Origin: an uncultured Gammaproteobacteria bacterium | Lineage (GTDB): Bacteria; Pseudomonadota; Gammaproteobacteria; Arenicellales; CAJQKF01 | Length of the DNA stretch: 64,000 bases | Assembly (NCBI GenBank): GCA_905478855.1 | Contig: CAJQKF010000034.1 | Span: 2,633 to 66,632, forward strand | Direction: 5' to 3' | In this document: positions 1 to 8,858 of the stretch, piece by piece | How the letters are laid out: the number at the start of each line of letters is the position of its first letter | Position numbering within the stretch: position 1 is the first letter of the stretch | Made by a program: the position numbers and the translations under genes | Notes under the pieces: model-generated | Told to the model about the DNA's origin: nothing | What the model saw: only the letters and a program-made list of their open reading frames with translations | The model's database searches: none

Positions 1-2
1 TG

Positions 3-167
3 GGTTGGTTTAATCTGACTGGATTATTATCAAAGGCAGAGCAGCGCAATGCTGATGTGCTAAATGGCATTGCTTATGATTTACAGAATAACAGATTGTT
101 TGTAACTGGAAAATTATGGCCTAAGCTCTTTCAGATAAGGCTAAATTCGGAGGCAAAAGAAAACTAG
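3..167 (+). CDS. glutaminyl-peptide cyclotransferase family protein, C-terminal fragment (5' end lies outside the window)
   Basis: Frame 3 is open from the window edge to TAG at 165-167. The translation ...ADVLNGIAYDLQNNRLFVTGKLWPKLFQIRL matches, from memory, the C-terminal motif of bacterial/plant glutamine cyclotransferases (NGIAYD..LFVTGK.WP.LF). Confidence 0.5.
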   Translation, partial: GWFNLTGLLSKAEQRNADVLNGIAYDLQNNRLFVTGKLWPKLFQIRLNSEAKEN

Positions 168-731
168 ATATTGCTTGGAGGTCAGCAAACAAAATTCATT
201 CATATTGATGCTTATAATTACAGTGCAACACCGCGTATATCCCACTACCCTCTAAGCAAGTCTTCAGTAAGCGAAAATTATGGATTTTGTTTTGGTGTGA
301 CGGGATCTATAAATGCCTCGAAGTGGTACATTAAAAGTTGCGATCCTAGCGGACTATAAAGGGCCTACCAGTCCGGCCATATTATGTTATCTTTATCGCT
401 TTAGACTTTCGTGATTTACCTTTGAAACCAATAGTCACTCTATGCATCACAAGGAAACAGCCCCCAGGTTGCTTGTAAATACTCTGTTGGAAAGACGTCC
501 ACCGTTATAGAATTTCTAGAGCGTACAAACCGATTCGTAACAGAATATCAAGCCACTAAAACTGAGCACATGGACGGGTTCAAAAACAATCAAGTTATTA
601 AAACTTGCTGGGCTTTCCGAAGATCTTTGGTTCTGATTAAATGATCACGCGTCATATTGGATATGAACTTAATCCATCAGTTTCTGTAATTACCATTGTT
701 ATCGCAATACCTATTGGCTTTGGAGCGTAAA

Positions 732-1715
732 ATGACAAAAATCGCGATTATTGGCGCAGGCTTATCCGGCCTATCGATTGCGCATTTATTAAAAGATTAT
801 GCGCAGATCACTGTTTTTGAGAAAGCCCGTGGTGTGAGTGGCCGGTTGTCAACGCGACGAGCTGAACCGTATGTTTTTGACCACGGTGCACAATATTTCA
901 CAGCTCGAACACAAGTTTTTCAAGATTTCATCCAACCGTTTATCAAACAAGGCATTATTGAGCGTTGGAATGCCCGTTACGTAAAGTTTGATGATGATGA
1001 AATCGTTGAGCAAAAAAACTGGGTTGATGATGAGCCTCGTTATGTAGGCGTGCCACAAATGAACAAAGTTGCAAAATATCTGGCTGCAGGATTGAATGTT
1101 CATGTCAATACGCGAATTGTGTCTCTGGAACATGAAAAGTCATGGAAACTTATCGATGAAAAGGGTCACCTATATAATGATTTCGACTGGGTGATTTCTG
1201 CAGTACCTTCCCCCCAGGCAGCTGAGCTCCTGCCTTCAGCCTTTGCATACCATGCTAATATCTGTGCTATAGAAATGCGTGCTTGCTTTTCCCTTATGTT
1301 GGGTTTTTCGGAGCGCTTGCCGCTCGACTTTGAGGCTGCGCATGTCACTAATTCTGATTTAAGCTGGATTGCGATCAATAGCCAAAAGCCAGGACGCGTT
1401 GATCAATATACTCTGATGGTACATTCCTCTGGTGACTATGCGGAAGCGCATATCGATGATGATCGGGAAGCGGTTATGCAGCATCTTATTGCTCAAACAA
1501 GCCGCATCATTGGACATGATGTCAGCACGGCTGACTATAAAACCGTTCATGGTTGGCGCTATGCCAATAATGCGAAACGTGAAATCAGTCCCGTATTTTT
1601 AGATCAAAACCTAAAACTAGCCGCATGCGGTGATTGGTGCCTCGGCGGACGTGTCGAAGGCGCATTTACTTCATCTCACAGGCTTTTTTGCGCTATGCGA
1701 GAGCTTGCGTTGTGA
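732..1715 (+). CDS. NAD/FAD-dependent oxidoreductase (renalase-like, COG3380-type)
   Basis: The ORF 696-1715 most likely starts at ATG 732 (MTKIAIIGAGLSGLSIAHLL), which gives a GxGxxG dinucleotide-binding N-terminus followed by RGVSGRLSTRR and HGAQYFTA motifs. Its last ~180 nt are duplicated at 5499-5680. Confidence 0.75.
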   Translation: MTKIAIIGAGLSGLSIAHLLKDYAQITVFEKARGVSGRLSTRRAEPYVFDHGAQYFTARTQVFQDFIQPFIKQGIIERWNARYVKFDDDEIVEQKNWVDDEPRYVGVPQMNKVAKYLAAGLNVHVNTRIVSLEHEKSWKLIDEKGHLYNDFDWVISAVPSPQAAELLPSAFAYHANICAIEMRACFSLMLGFSERLPLDFEAAHVTNSDLSWIAINSQKPGRVDQYTLMVHSSGDYAEAHIDDDREAVMQHLIAQTSRIIGHDVSTADYKTVHGWRYANNAKREISPVFLDQNLKLAACGDWCLGGRVEGAFTSSHRLFCAMRELAL

Positions 1716-1773
1716 GCGTGGAGCTGAAAATGTCGTTGTAATTGGTACACCGAATGGGATTGGAGGTTTTATT
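1538..1773 (+). repeat. left direct repeat (attL-like): 3' end of the oxidoreductase gene plus ~58 nt downstream
   Basis: Aligned by eye with 5499-5733. There are 3 substitutions up to the stop codon (1715). The ~58 nt downstream of the stop is more diverged: two further substitutions, a short diverged block containing a 1-nt indel, then the shared end GGATTGGAGGTTTTATT. Confidence 0.9.
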
Positions 1774-1953
1774 TCCACGCGTTTTTTTACGTTCTCTAAT
1801 CGGACAATTTCTCATCGTTTTTGTTATAAAAATCATTTATGGTGCAAATATGCTGCAATTGTCCCGTGTTTGCTACCCTGTTAGCTTCTGAGCGACACCT
1901 AGTTGTATCTGTTTTCACTGGGAGAGTTCGTAACGCTAGCTACGAGATCCACC

Positions 1954-2541
1954 ATGGCGGCCATTCATAGAATTAAGACCAGTTCTGGCGCAATCAGATA
2001 CCGCGCACAAATACGCCGCAAAGGCTACCCTACGATGTCCAAGAATTTCCCAACCAAAGCCGCTGCGCGGGAATGGGCTAGAGGGGTTGAGCTAGATATC
2101 GCAACCGCTGCGGCTAAATTTAAACCTGATGTTGAGAAACACACTTTCTCAGAATTAATTGGTCGCTATATCGAAGACGCCCAACCAAGTAAAGATCAGA
2201 TCCGGCATATTAGGTGGTGGGACAAACATCTAGGCCATAAGTTGCTCCACGATCTGAAATTATCAGATTTCAAAGAGGCCCGACGGATCTTACAAAAAGA
2301 ACCCAAACAATTGGGGGGTGTCCGAGTGCAGACGCTAAAGCAGCCACGCACTCCCGCTACAGTTAATCGCTATTGCACCGCAGCCAGTGTTGTACTTAAT
2401 TATGGCACGGGAAAGAATGACGGGCCTGATGGCTGGTTAGACCGCAACCCAATGCGATCCCTTGGCAAACTAAAAGAGAGCAAATGTCAGGACGTCAGAT
2501 TGAACTTGCAGCTACACAGGAGAAAAAGAAGCATGGTTTAG
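1954..2541 (+). pseudogene. tyrosine-type site-specific integrase, N-terminal fragment only (arm-binding and core-binding regions; catalytic domain missing)
   Basis: MAAIHRIKTSSGAIRYRAQIRRKGY...ATVNRYCTAASVVLNY...NPMRSLGKLKESK is typical of the N-terminal third of phage/island integrases. The frame ends at 2541, and no R-H-R-Y catalytic domain appears in any frame downstream. Confidence 0.7.
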
Positions 2542-2818
2542 TTACTCGACTTAATAGTAATGTGTCTGGTGGGCTAAGTGGTGATCAATTTTACGTCTAC
2601 GTGGCAAATAGGTTGGTAATGCCAAACTTGAAGAAAGACGATTTGGGGAAATTTACTACGGGTGATAGCCGTTTCGGTGGATGTGAAATTACGGTAGTAT
2701 TATAGCGTTACTTCTTGGGCTTCCCTGTGATTTTATGGTTTTTCTGCAACTACGATTTTTCGAAAGCCAAGAGAGTGCCGTATGTTTTTAGTTTCTTCTC
2801 GAGGCCGCTGTCAGAATT

Positions 2819-5017
2819 ATGGGAAAAAAAGCAAGCATTTTTTTTGCAGTACTCCAAGGAGACAAGGTTCTTTCAAAAAAGCTCGACTCCACCCTGAAAC
2901 AAGTTGATGAATATCACTATGCGTTGTTTGATTCCGGTAATGGACGTTATTATCGGATTAACAATTCCTCAGCACTGATTTGGTCTTGCCTGGTTTTAGG
3001 AGATACTCTTTGTACCCTGTTCAGGAAACTGAACGAGAAACTGGATGCCGGCATTGATTCACAAGTCGTTGAAGATACGCTTGCTGTGCTTCATCATTTC
3101 GAAAGAAGAAAACTCATAAGGTATAGGCCAACTGTAAACTTAGAGGCTGAAGCTGAAAAACACCTCAGGCAGCGGATGCGAGAGGAAAAGAAGAGCGAAA
3201 GAGCTAAGTGGAAAAGTGTCAAAAGCTCACCGAAGCCAGTTGAAGTGATTCCGGAAGGTAAATACAGAGATGAAAAGCCAGGCACAGATAGTCGATATGC
3301 TATTATAAGTCATCGCAGAAGTGGCACCCACTTCCTGTGGGAAGTGATGCGACAAAACCTGGGGGTTGGCTTGGTGCCGGGTCAGTGTCTATGGGATATT
3401 CCCAAGATTCACGACCTGTTTTCTGCAAAACTTCTGCAGCGAATCAAGGATCGAAAAAGCCTATATATAATGCGGGATATAAGAGCCGTTTTGGTTGCGA
3501 ACTATAACTATTGGAAAAATGGCGAAAAAAGATACAACCTATCAGAAGTATTTCAGAAAATACCGTTGTCCAGTTATATACGGGGAGATATACCACTCGA
3601 TGGTGTTCCTGATGAATTAAGAGCTGAAGCGGAACAACTTTTCTCTGATCCAATTGAGTATTGGATCAGACATACAGAATGGTCAAAGCACGTGTTTACC
3701 ATTCGCTACGAAGACCTGAAAAGCAACGAAAAACATACAGTATCAAAGATAGCAAATTACCTTGGTATAAAATTTGATCCGCAAGATTACAAAGAACTTA
3801 TAAAGCTGGTGGGGCATCTTCCGCAGAAAGGAAAAATTAGCGCCTGGAGAGATGTTTTCACTGATGATGATCTAAGATTTATTTGGTCAAAAGTAGGTCA
3901 AAGGATGGAAGAACTCGGATATTCCGAGGATATAACTCACGCATGCCCTGAATCCAAGAGTGTTGAAACTAGGAACCACATTGTGCCAAATAATATTTTG
4001 GGTGGCGATGTAGAGTCTCAAATACGTTTTCGAATGGGTCGTTTTTTTGCTCCTGCAGCCTTGCCCGGCGATGAATGGGTATCTCGAGTTCCTGCTGGTC
4101 ATCATTTTTTGCAGTTTGAACATGGTGAGTTAAGAAGTGTAAGTGGGCCAGAGCAGCGTGGCATTCATCGACTGGGTAAATTCAAGGAGATGCTTGAAAA
4201 ACTTAAAATACCTAAATCACCTTTCTCTTTGGAGTTTTCCTGCGGAGACGCCGCAGCACAGCATGAAGTTAATCCAATTCACGGCCATTTCAGGGTTACC
4301 GGATCCGACGCAACAATTCTTTGGCCTTTGGCGGGGTATACGGATATTAATTCAAAAATCTTCGGAAAAAATGTGGGAAAGCATGATTGTTCTTGGGATG
4401 AAAAAATCGAGATTGCTGTATGGCGAGGGACGTCATCAGGTACGTCTTGGCAAAACAAGACGATTGATCAAATAGAAGAATGTATCAACAGGGCTTTGTC
4501 AGCGACTGATCGATTTGGAGGAAAGGTCTTGGCTAAAGGAAACCGACTTACCTTGGTTTCCCGATATTATGATGCCAAGTTTGTCGACGTCGGATTGTCA
4601 AAAACAGGGCAAACCGATGGTATTGCAAAGGCCTATTTCACCAAGCGGAATTTCTTAAAGTCAAGACTATCCGACTCAGAACTTTTGCGATACAAGTATC
4701 AAATTGTTGTCGACGGTAACACGTTTGCTTCCCAACTGCCTTGGACTCTGCATTGTGCAAGTGTGATTCTTATGGTTCCACCATCTTGGGAGTCAATTAT
4801 TGCTGGAATTAGACCTTGGCAGCATTTTGTTCCTCTGGCGCCGGATTACTCCGATCTGGAGGAGAAGGTAGACTGGTGTCGCGCTCACGATACTGAATGT
4901 CAAGAAATTTCAGCTGCCGCCACTCGATTGATGCGGTGCTACTATGACCCGCAAACAGAGCAGCAGATACAACAGGGATTGCTCGAGCAATACACTCAGA
5001 ATTATTTCAGCATATAG
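2819..5017 (+). CDS. three-domain fusion protein: PqqD/RRE-like domain, sulfotransferase domain, glycosyltransferase family 90 (CAP10/POGLUT-like) domain
   Basis: aa ~32-101: YALFDSGNGRYYRINNSSALIWSCLVLGDTL...VVEDTLAVLHHFERRKLI follows the PqqD pattern. aa ~159-370: SHRRSGTHFLWEVM (5'-PSB loop), LYIMRDIRAVLVANYNYW, IRYEDLKSNEKH..IANYLGI and KGKISAWRDVFTDDD are sulfotransferase motifs. aa ~430-732: WRGTSSG, KYQIVVDGNTFASQLPWTLHCASVILMV and HFVPLAPDYSDLEEKVDWC are GT90/CAP10 motifs. Confidence 0.7.
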   Translation: MGKKASIFFAVLQGDKVLSKKLDSTLKQVDEYHYALFDSGNGRYYRINNSSALIWSCLVLGDTLCTLFRKLNEKLDAGIDSQVVEDTLAVLHHFERRKLIRYRPTVNLEAEAEKHLRQRMREEKKSERAKWKSVKSSPKPVEVIPEGKYRDEKPGTDSRYAIISHRRSGTHFLWEVMRQNLGVGLVPGQCLWDIPKIHDLFSAKLLQRIKDRKSLYIMRDIRAVLVANYNYWKNGEKRYNLSEVFQKIPLSSYIRGDIPLDGVPDELRAEAEQLFSDPIEYWIRHTEWSKHVFTIRYEDLKSNEKHTVSKIANYLGIKFDPQDYKELIKLVGHLPQKGKISAWRDVFTDDDLRFIWSKVGQRMEELGYSEDITHACPESKSVETRNHIVPNNILGGDVESQIRFRMGRFFAPAALPGDEWVSRVPAGHHFLQFEHGELRSVSGPEQRGIHRLGKFKEMLEKLKIPKSPFSLEFSCGDAAAQHEVNPIHGHFRVTGSDATILWPLAGYTDINSKIFGKNVGKHDCSWDEKIEIAVWRGTSSGTSWQNKTIDQIEECINRALSATDRFGGKVLAKGNRLTLVSRYYDAKFVDVGLSKTGQTDGIAKAYFTKRNFLKSRLSDSELLRYKYQIVVDGNTFASQLPWTLHCASVILMVPPSWESIIAGIRPWQHFVPLAPDYSDLEEKVDWCRAHDTECQEISAAATRLMRCYYDPQTEQQIQQGLLEQYTQNYFSI

Positions 5018-5498
5018 ACTTTAGTAACGGCTTTTCAGCTGATTAGGATCATCGAAGCGCAGCGAGCCACTTCTGATTAGCAGAACTCCCGCTATCAGTC
5101 TTTATCGGTGGATATGTTTTGACGGTGTATGATTCATAATATAGCACCTACGCCTAGTACTGACGAATGATCTTTTGAGTACATAGTGAGTTGCAAAACC
5201 CAAGGGTTTTGCAATCCCTACCCTGTTAATTTTCGGATATGGGGCGGGCTTGGTTTCAGAAGCAAACTGTTTTTGTGGTTCTCTCCTTTTGCGGTCGGAT
5301 AGATAGCTTGAACAGTTATAAGTTGTTCTCGAAATTTCTTTTTGAAATTACGCTTTCCTTGGGGGCGTCTGGGTAGCCTGAACTGAATTGCATTTTTAAT
5401 CCTAGCCATGGGATACAAGTGGGTTTTCTTAGATAGCTCATGCGGTAGGTGAGCCAGCAATAAATATCTAACGATAGCGGCGAACGCTTAAGTAATTT

Positions 5499-5733
5499 TA
5501 AAACCGTTCATGGTTGGCGCTATGCCAATAATGCCAAACGTGAAATCAGTCCCGTATTTTTAGATCAAAACCTAAAGCTAGCCGCATTCGGTGATTGGTG
5601 CCTCGGCGGACGTGTCGAAGGCGCATTTACTTCATCTCACAGGCTTTTTTGCGCTATGCGAGAGCTTGCGTTGTGAGCGTGGAGCTGAAAATGTTGTTAT
5701 AATTGGGCTTCGGAGGGGATTGGAGGTTTTATT
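5499..5733 (+). repeat. right direct repeat (attR-like): displaced copy of the oxidoreductase 3' end
   Basis: Near-identical to 1538-1773. It would encode ...NNAKREISPVFLDQNLKLAAFGDWCLGG..., with one Cys-to-Phe difference from the intact copy, but has no upstream coding continuation. Confidence 0.9.
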
Positions 5734-5998
5734 GTCAATTTGATCTGACCTTAATTAAACCAGCGCTTACTGCAAAATATTTCTCGCTCAAATTATCCAC
5801 AGCGAGTTATTAAAATGAATTGCTCTTTCTACACAAGTCGGAGTGTTATGGGTAGTATTCACGAACCATGAGTCCGCTAGACCTTACTCTGAGAGTTACC
5901 TAGAAAGAAAGTCTACGGACTCGGTAACCGAAGGACTCGCGGCAATAATCAACCGCGACAGGTGCAGTTGATTCTCTTCTGAGCGGTTTTTCTTTTGC

Positions 5999-6283
5999 TT
6001 ATAGGGAGAAAACCACATCACCAGCATGGGGATGAATTGCATCGCCATCGACGATACCTGCTTCAATCATTTTACCAAATGCCATTTTCGCGAGGCCATC
6101 GGCTGCTTCTCTGGCGGCTGCATCAGGATATTTGGCAACAACAACGCCTTTACCATTGCCATAAGAAACGATGTCGATGAAATCGGCACCAATGTCTTTA
6201 AGCATTTCGCGCAAGCCCTCTGCCGTTTCAGCCACTTTGTCCATATCGGATGAAGCAAAACGTGTAATTCTGTAGACTGACAT
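5999..6283 (-). CDS. small hypothetical protein (94 aa)
   Basis: Clean ORF, MSVYRITRFASSDMDKVAETAEGLREMLKD.... No family recognised with certainty; it may have a small alpha/beta ferredoxin-like fold. Confidence 0.45.
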   Translation of the reverse strand: MSVYRITRFASSDMDKVAETAEGLREMLKDIGADFIDIVSYGNGKGVVVAKYPDAAAREAADGLAKMAFGKMIEAGIVDGDAIHPHAGDVVFSL

Positions 6284-6460
6284 ATAACCCTCGTGATTTT
6301 ATTTTTGTTATGTGGATCATTCCACACAAGCAGCCGATTATAGGCTGTGGATAATAGATAGTACACGGGCTACTTTTAGAAACCTTGTAATTATATATTT
6401 CATAAATTAGGTGAATGCGTGTCTGCTAAAATCACTTGCTTGGCTTTATAAACTACGAAA

Positions 6461-7498
6461 CTAACGCCAACTAAGAACGACCTTACCACTGCTACCCTTT
6501 AACATTTGCTTGAAACCTGTTTCAAATTCACTCGCTGGTAGACGATGGGTAATCACACCTCTGATGTCAAGTCCATTTTGAATCATTGCAATCATTTTGT
6601 ACCAGGTCTCAAATATTTCCCGACCGTATACGCCTTTAATTGTTATGGCCTTAAAAACAATTCGTGACCAGTCCACACTCGATTTACCCGCAGGTACACC
6701 GAGTAGGGCGACATTTCCGCCCATTACTAGCGTTTCGATCATTTGATCTAAGGCCAGTTGATTCCCGGACATCTCCAGGCCCACGTCAAAGCCTTGCTTT
6801 AAACCCAATTCAGCGGTGACATCATTGAGATCCTCTTTTAATGGATTAACGGCACGCACATCCGCAACTTTTTCAGCGAGCTGTAATCGATCGTCATTTA
6901 CATCGGTAATTACTACATTACGGGCGCCGACATGTTTTGCAACAGCCGCAGCCATAATGCCAATTGGGCCTGCACCAGTAATTAAAACATCTTCGCCGAT
7001 AAGGTTGAAGCTAAGTGCTGTATGCACAGCATTACCTAATGGATCTAAAATTGAGCCGATTTCGTCGTCGATGTCATCAGGTAACGGCACTACATTAAAT
7101 GCAGGGAGTTTTAAGTATTCGGCGAAGGCGCCGGGCTCGTTCACGCCTATACCTCGTGTTCCGGGATCTAGGTGAAATTTCCCAGAGCGCGATTGTCTTG
7201 AATTTTTACCAATTAGATGTCCTTCACCTGAGCAACGTTGGCCGACTGATAAGTCAGTAACAGCCGAGCCTAGTTCAACTATTTCTCCACTGAACTCGTG
7301 CCCGATGATGAGCGGCACCGGTATAGTTTTTTGAGCCCACTCATCCCAGTTCCAGATATGTAGATCCGTTCCACAAATAGCGGTTTTATTAATGCGTATC
7401 AGTACATCTTCTGCACCAATTTCGGGGATCGGTCGTGTCTCTCGCCAGATGCCGGGTTCAGCTTTCGATTTGACTAACGCATGCATAGTTTTGTTCAT
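6461..7498 (-). CDS. tdh: L-threonine 3-dehydrogenase
   Basis: [64 protein letters not shown] is collinear with E. coli Tdh. Its ATGA overlaps the upstream kbl, the canonical kbl-tdh operon arrangement. Confidence 0.95.
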   Translation of the reverse strand: MNKTMHALVKSKAEPGIWRETRPIPEIGAEDVLIRINKTAICGTDLHIWNWDEWAQKTIPVPLIIGHEFSGEIVELGSAVTDLSVGQRCSGEGHLIGKNSRQSRSGKFHLDPGTRGIGVNEPGAFAEYLKLPAFNVVPLPDDIDDEIGSILDPLGNAVHTALSFNLIGEDVLITGAGPIGIMAAAVAKHVGARNVVITDVNDDRLQLAEKVADVRAVNPLKEDLNDVTAELGLKQGFDVGLEMSGNQLALDQMIETLVMGGNVALLGVPAGKSSVDWSRIVFKAITIKGVYGREIFETWYKMIAMIQNGLDIRGVITHRLPASEFETGFKQMLKGSSGKVVLSWR

Positions 7499-8697
7499 GA
7501 TAAAACACCGGTTTGACGTCCTGCCTGTGCGAAGGCATTTAACGCAAAGTCCAGATCATCTCGACTTAATGCTGCGTTCATTTGAGTTCTTATTCTGGCT
7601 TCCCCATCTGGAACAACTGGATAAAAGAAACCTGACACATAAACCCCGCGTTCAAACAAATTCTCTGCCATAGTTTGAGCAAGCTGTGCATCGCCGAGCA
7701 TTACCGGCACAATCGGATGGTTACCGGGTTTTAAATCGAAGCCAAGATCGCTCAATCCATTTCGCCAGTACTGTGTATTACTAAATAATTGTTGCCGAAG
7801 ATGATCACCCTCTTCGATTAGTTTTAGTGCGGTTAGTCCAGCTTTAACCACCATGGGTGGAAGTGAGTTTGAAAATAAATAGGGTCGCGCGCGTTGGCGT
7901 AGCATGTCAATAACTGACTGAGGCCCGGCAACGTATCCACCGATGGCACCGCCCAGGGCTTTGCCTAAAGTTCCAGTAAGAATATCCACATCCACATTGA
8001 AATGTGCTGCAGTACCCTGTCCCTTAGGCCCCATAAAGCCGGTGGCATGGCAATCATCTACCATGACCAGTGCATTATAGGCGTGGGCCAGTCGTGTTAT
8101 CTCGGGTAAGTTAGCTAAGTAGCCGTCCATGGAAAACACACCATCTGTTGCTATCATGACAAAGCGCGCGCCATCGTTTTTCGCTTCCTGTAGTTTTTTC
8201 TCCAGATCTTCCATATTGGAGTTTGCGTATCTATATCGTTTCGCTTTGCATAAGCGAATGCCATCGATAATTGAAGCGTGATTGAGCGAGTCGGACACAA
8301 TGGCATCTTGTGGCCCCAGTAAGGGTTCAAATAGCCCGCCATTTGCGTCAAAACAGGCTGCAAAAAGAATAGAGTCGTCTTTACCGAGAAATGCAGCCAA
8401 GCGTTGTTCGAGCTGTCTGTGAATATCTTGTGTACCGCAAATAAAACGAACTGATGCCATGCCATAGCCGTATTCATCCAAACCTTCTTTTGCGGCGGCT
8501 ATCAGCTTAGGGTGATCGGCTAGTCCTAGATAGTTATTTGCGCACAAATTGATAACGTTTTGTTTAATTTGCTCGTTCTCAGAAACATCAATATGTCCAC
8601 CTTGGGGGGAAACTATCGGGCGCTAAATCTTGTATAAACCTTTATTCTTTATCTCGTTTAAAGAATTCAGAAGGTGTTCCAGAAAAGGCTTAGTCAT
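7495..8697 (-). CDS. kbl: 2-amino-3-ketobutyrate CoA ligase (glycine C-acetyltransferase), interrupted by one in-frame TAG at 8623-8625 (possible pseudogene or sequencing error)
   Basis: [12 protein letters not shown]...[12 protein letters not shown]...FSMDG...GTLGKALGG is collinear with E. coli Kbl. ATG 8697 gives [33 protein letters not shown].. in the same frame. The full length would be 400 aa. Confidence 0.85.
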
Positions 8698-8858
8698 TAG
8701 AATAATCCTGATATTGGGTGTAACGTTTATTGTGTTACTACACTATATTTTTTATTGCCAAATTTGCTTCGTATTTCATTTGATTATTTGAATAATTTAG
8801 AAGATTCTTCCGTATAATTGCTGTATTAAGAAGTATTTATCTTTTTTTGGAGATTTAA

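Larger units (their letters stand above)
1538..5733 (+). mobile_element. small integrated genomic island (degraded integrative element) inserted in the 3' end of a protein-coding gene
   Basis: ~236-bp direct repeats bound the region. A tyrosine-integrase N-terminal fragment lies immediately inside the left repeat. The interior holds a single large cargo gene. Confidence 0.75.

Noticed and set aside
171-359. 62-aa ORF directly after the cyclotransferase gene.
   Set aside because: It has no recognisable motif, no convincing ribosome-binding site and an odd composition. It is treated as non-coding.
2484-2705. Tested whether the 73-aa ORF is the frameshifted continuation of the integrase (its catalytic domain).
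   Set aside because: The translation lacks every catalytic-domain landmark (no TG.R..E, no H..R, no terminal Y region). The integrase is therefore truncated rather than merely frameshifted. The ORF is kept only as a speculative peptide candidate in the findings.
2715-2897. 60-aa ORF overlapping the start of the 732-aa cargo gene.
   Set aside because: It is an alternative frame across the real gene's 5' end, starts at a non-ATG codon and has a Phe-rich low-complexity translation. It is likely spurious.
5191-5214. Perfect palindrome TTGCAAAACCC-AA-GGGTTTTGCAA inside the island, downstream of the cargo gene.
   Set aside because: It could be a terminator or a protein-binding site. No T-tract follows on either strand and there is no second copy in the window, so there is too little evidence to assign a function.
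5218-5460. 80-aa basic ORF on the minus strand near the right island border (possible excisionase or small DNA-binding protein).
   Set aside because: The sequence (..MARIKNAIQFRLPRRPQGKRNFKKKF..) matches no excisionase/AlpA or other family pattern I know. Its codon composition looks non-coding. It is not reported as a feature.
5734-5998. Several short hairpins (GAGTCCG/CGGACTC, AATCAAC/GTTGATT followed by a T-rich stretch) between the right island repeat and the small minus-strand gene. Considered as a riboswitch or sRNA.
   Set aside because: I recognised no conserved riboswitch core. The most likely explanation is ordinary terminators for the convergent flanking genes. Testing this would need Rfam or RNA-seq.
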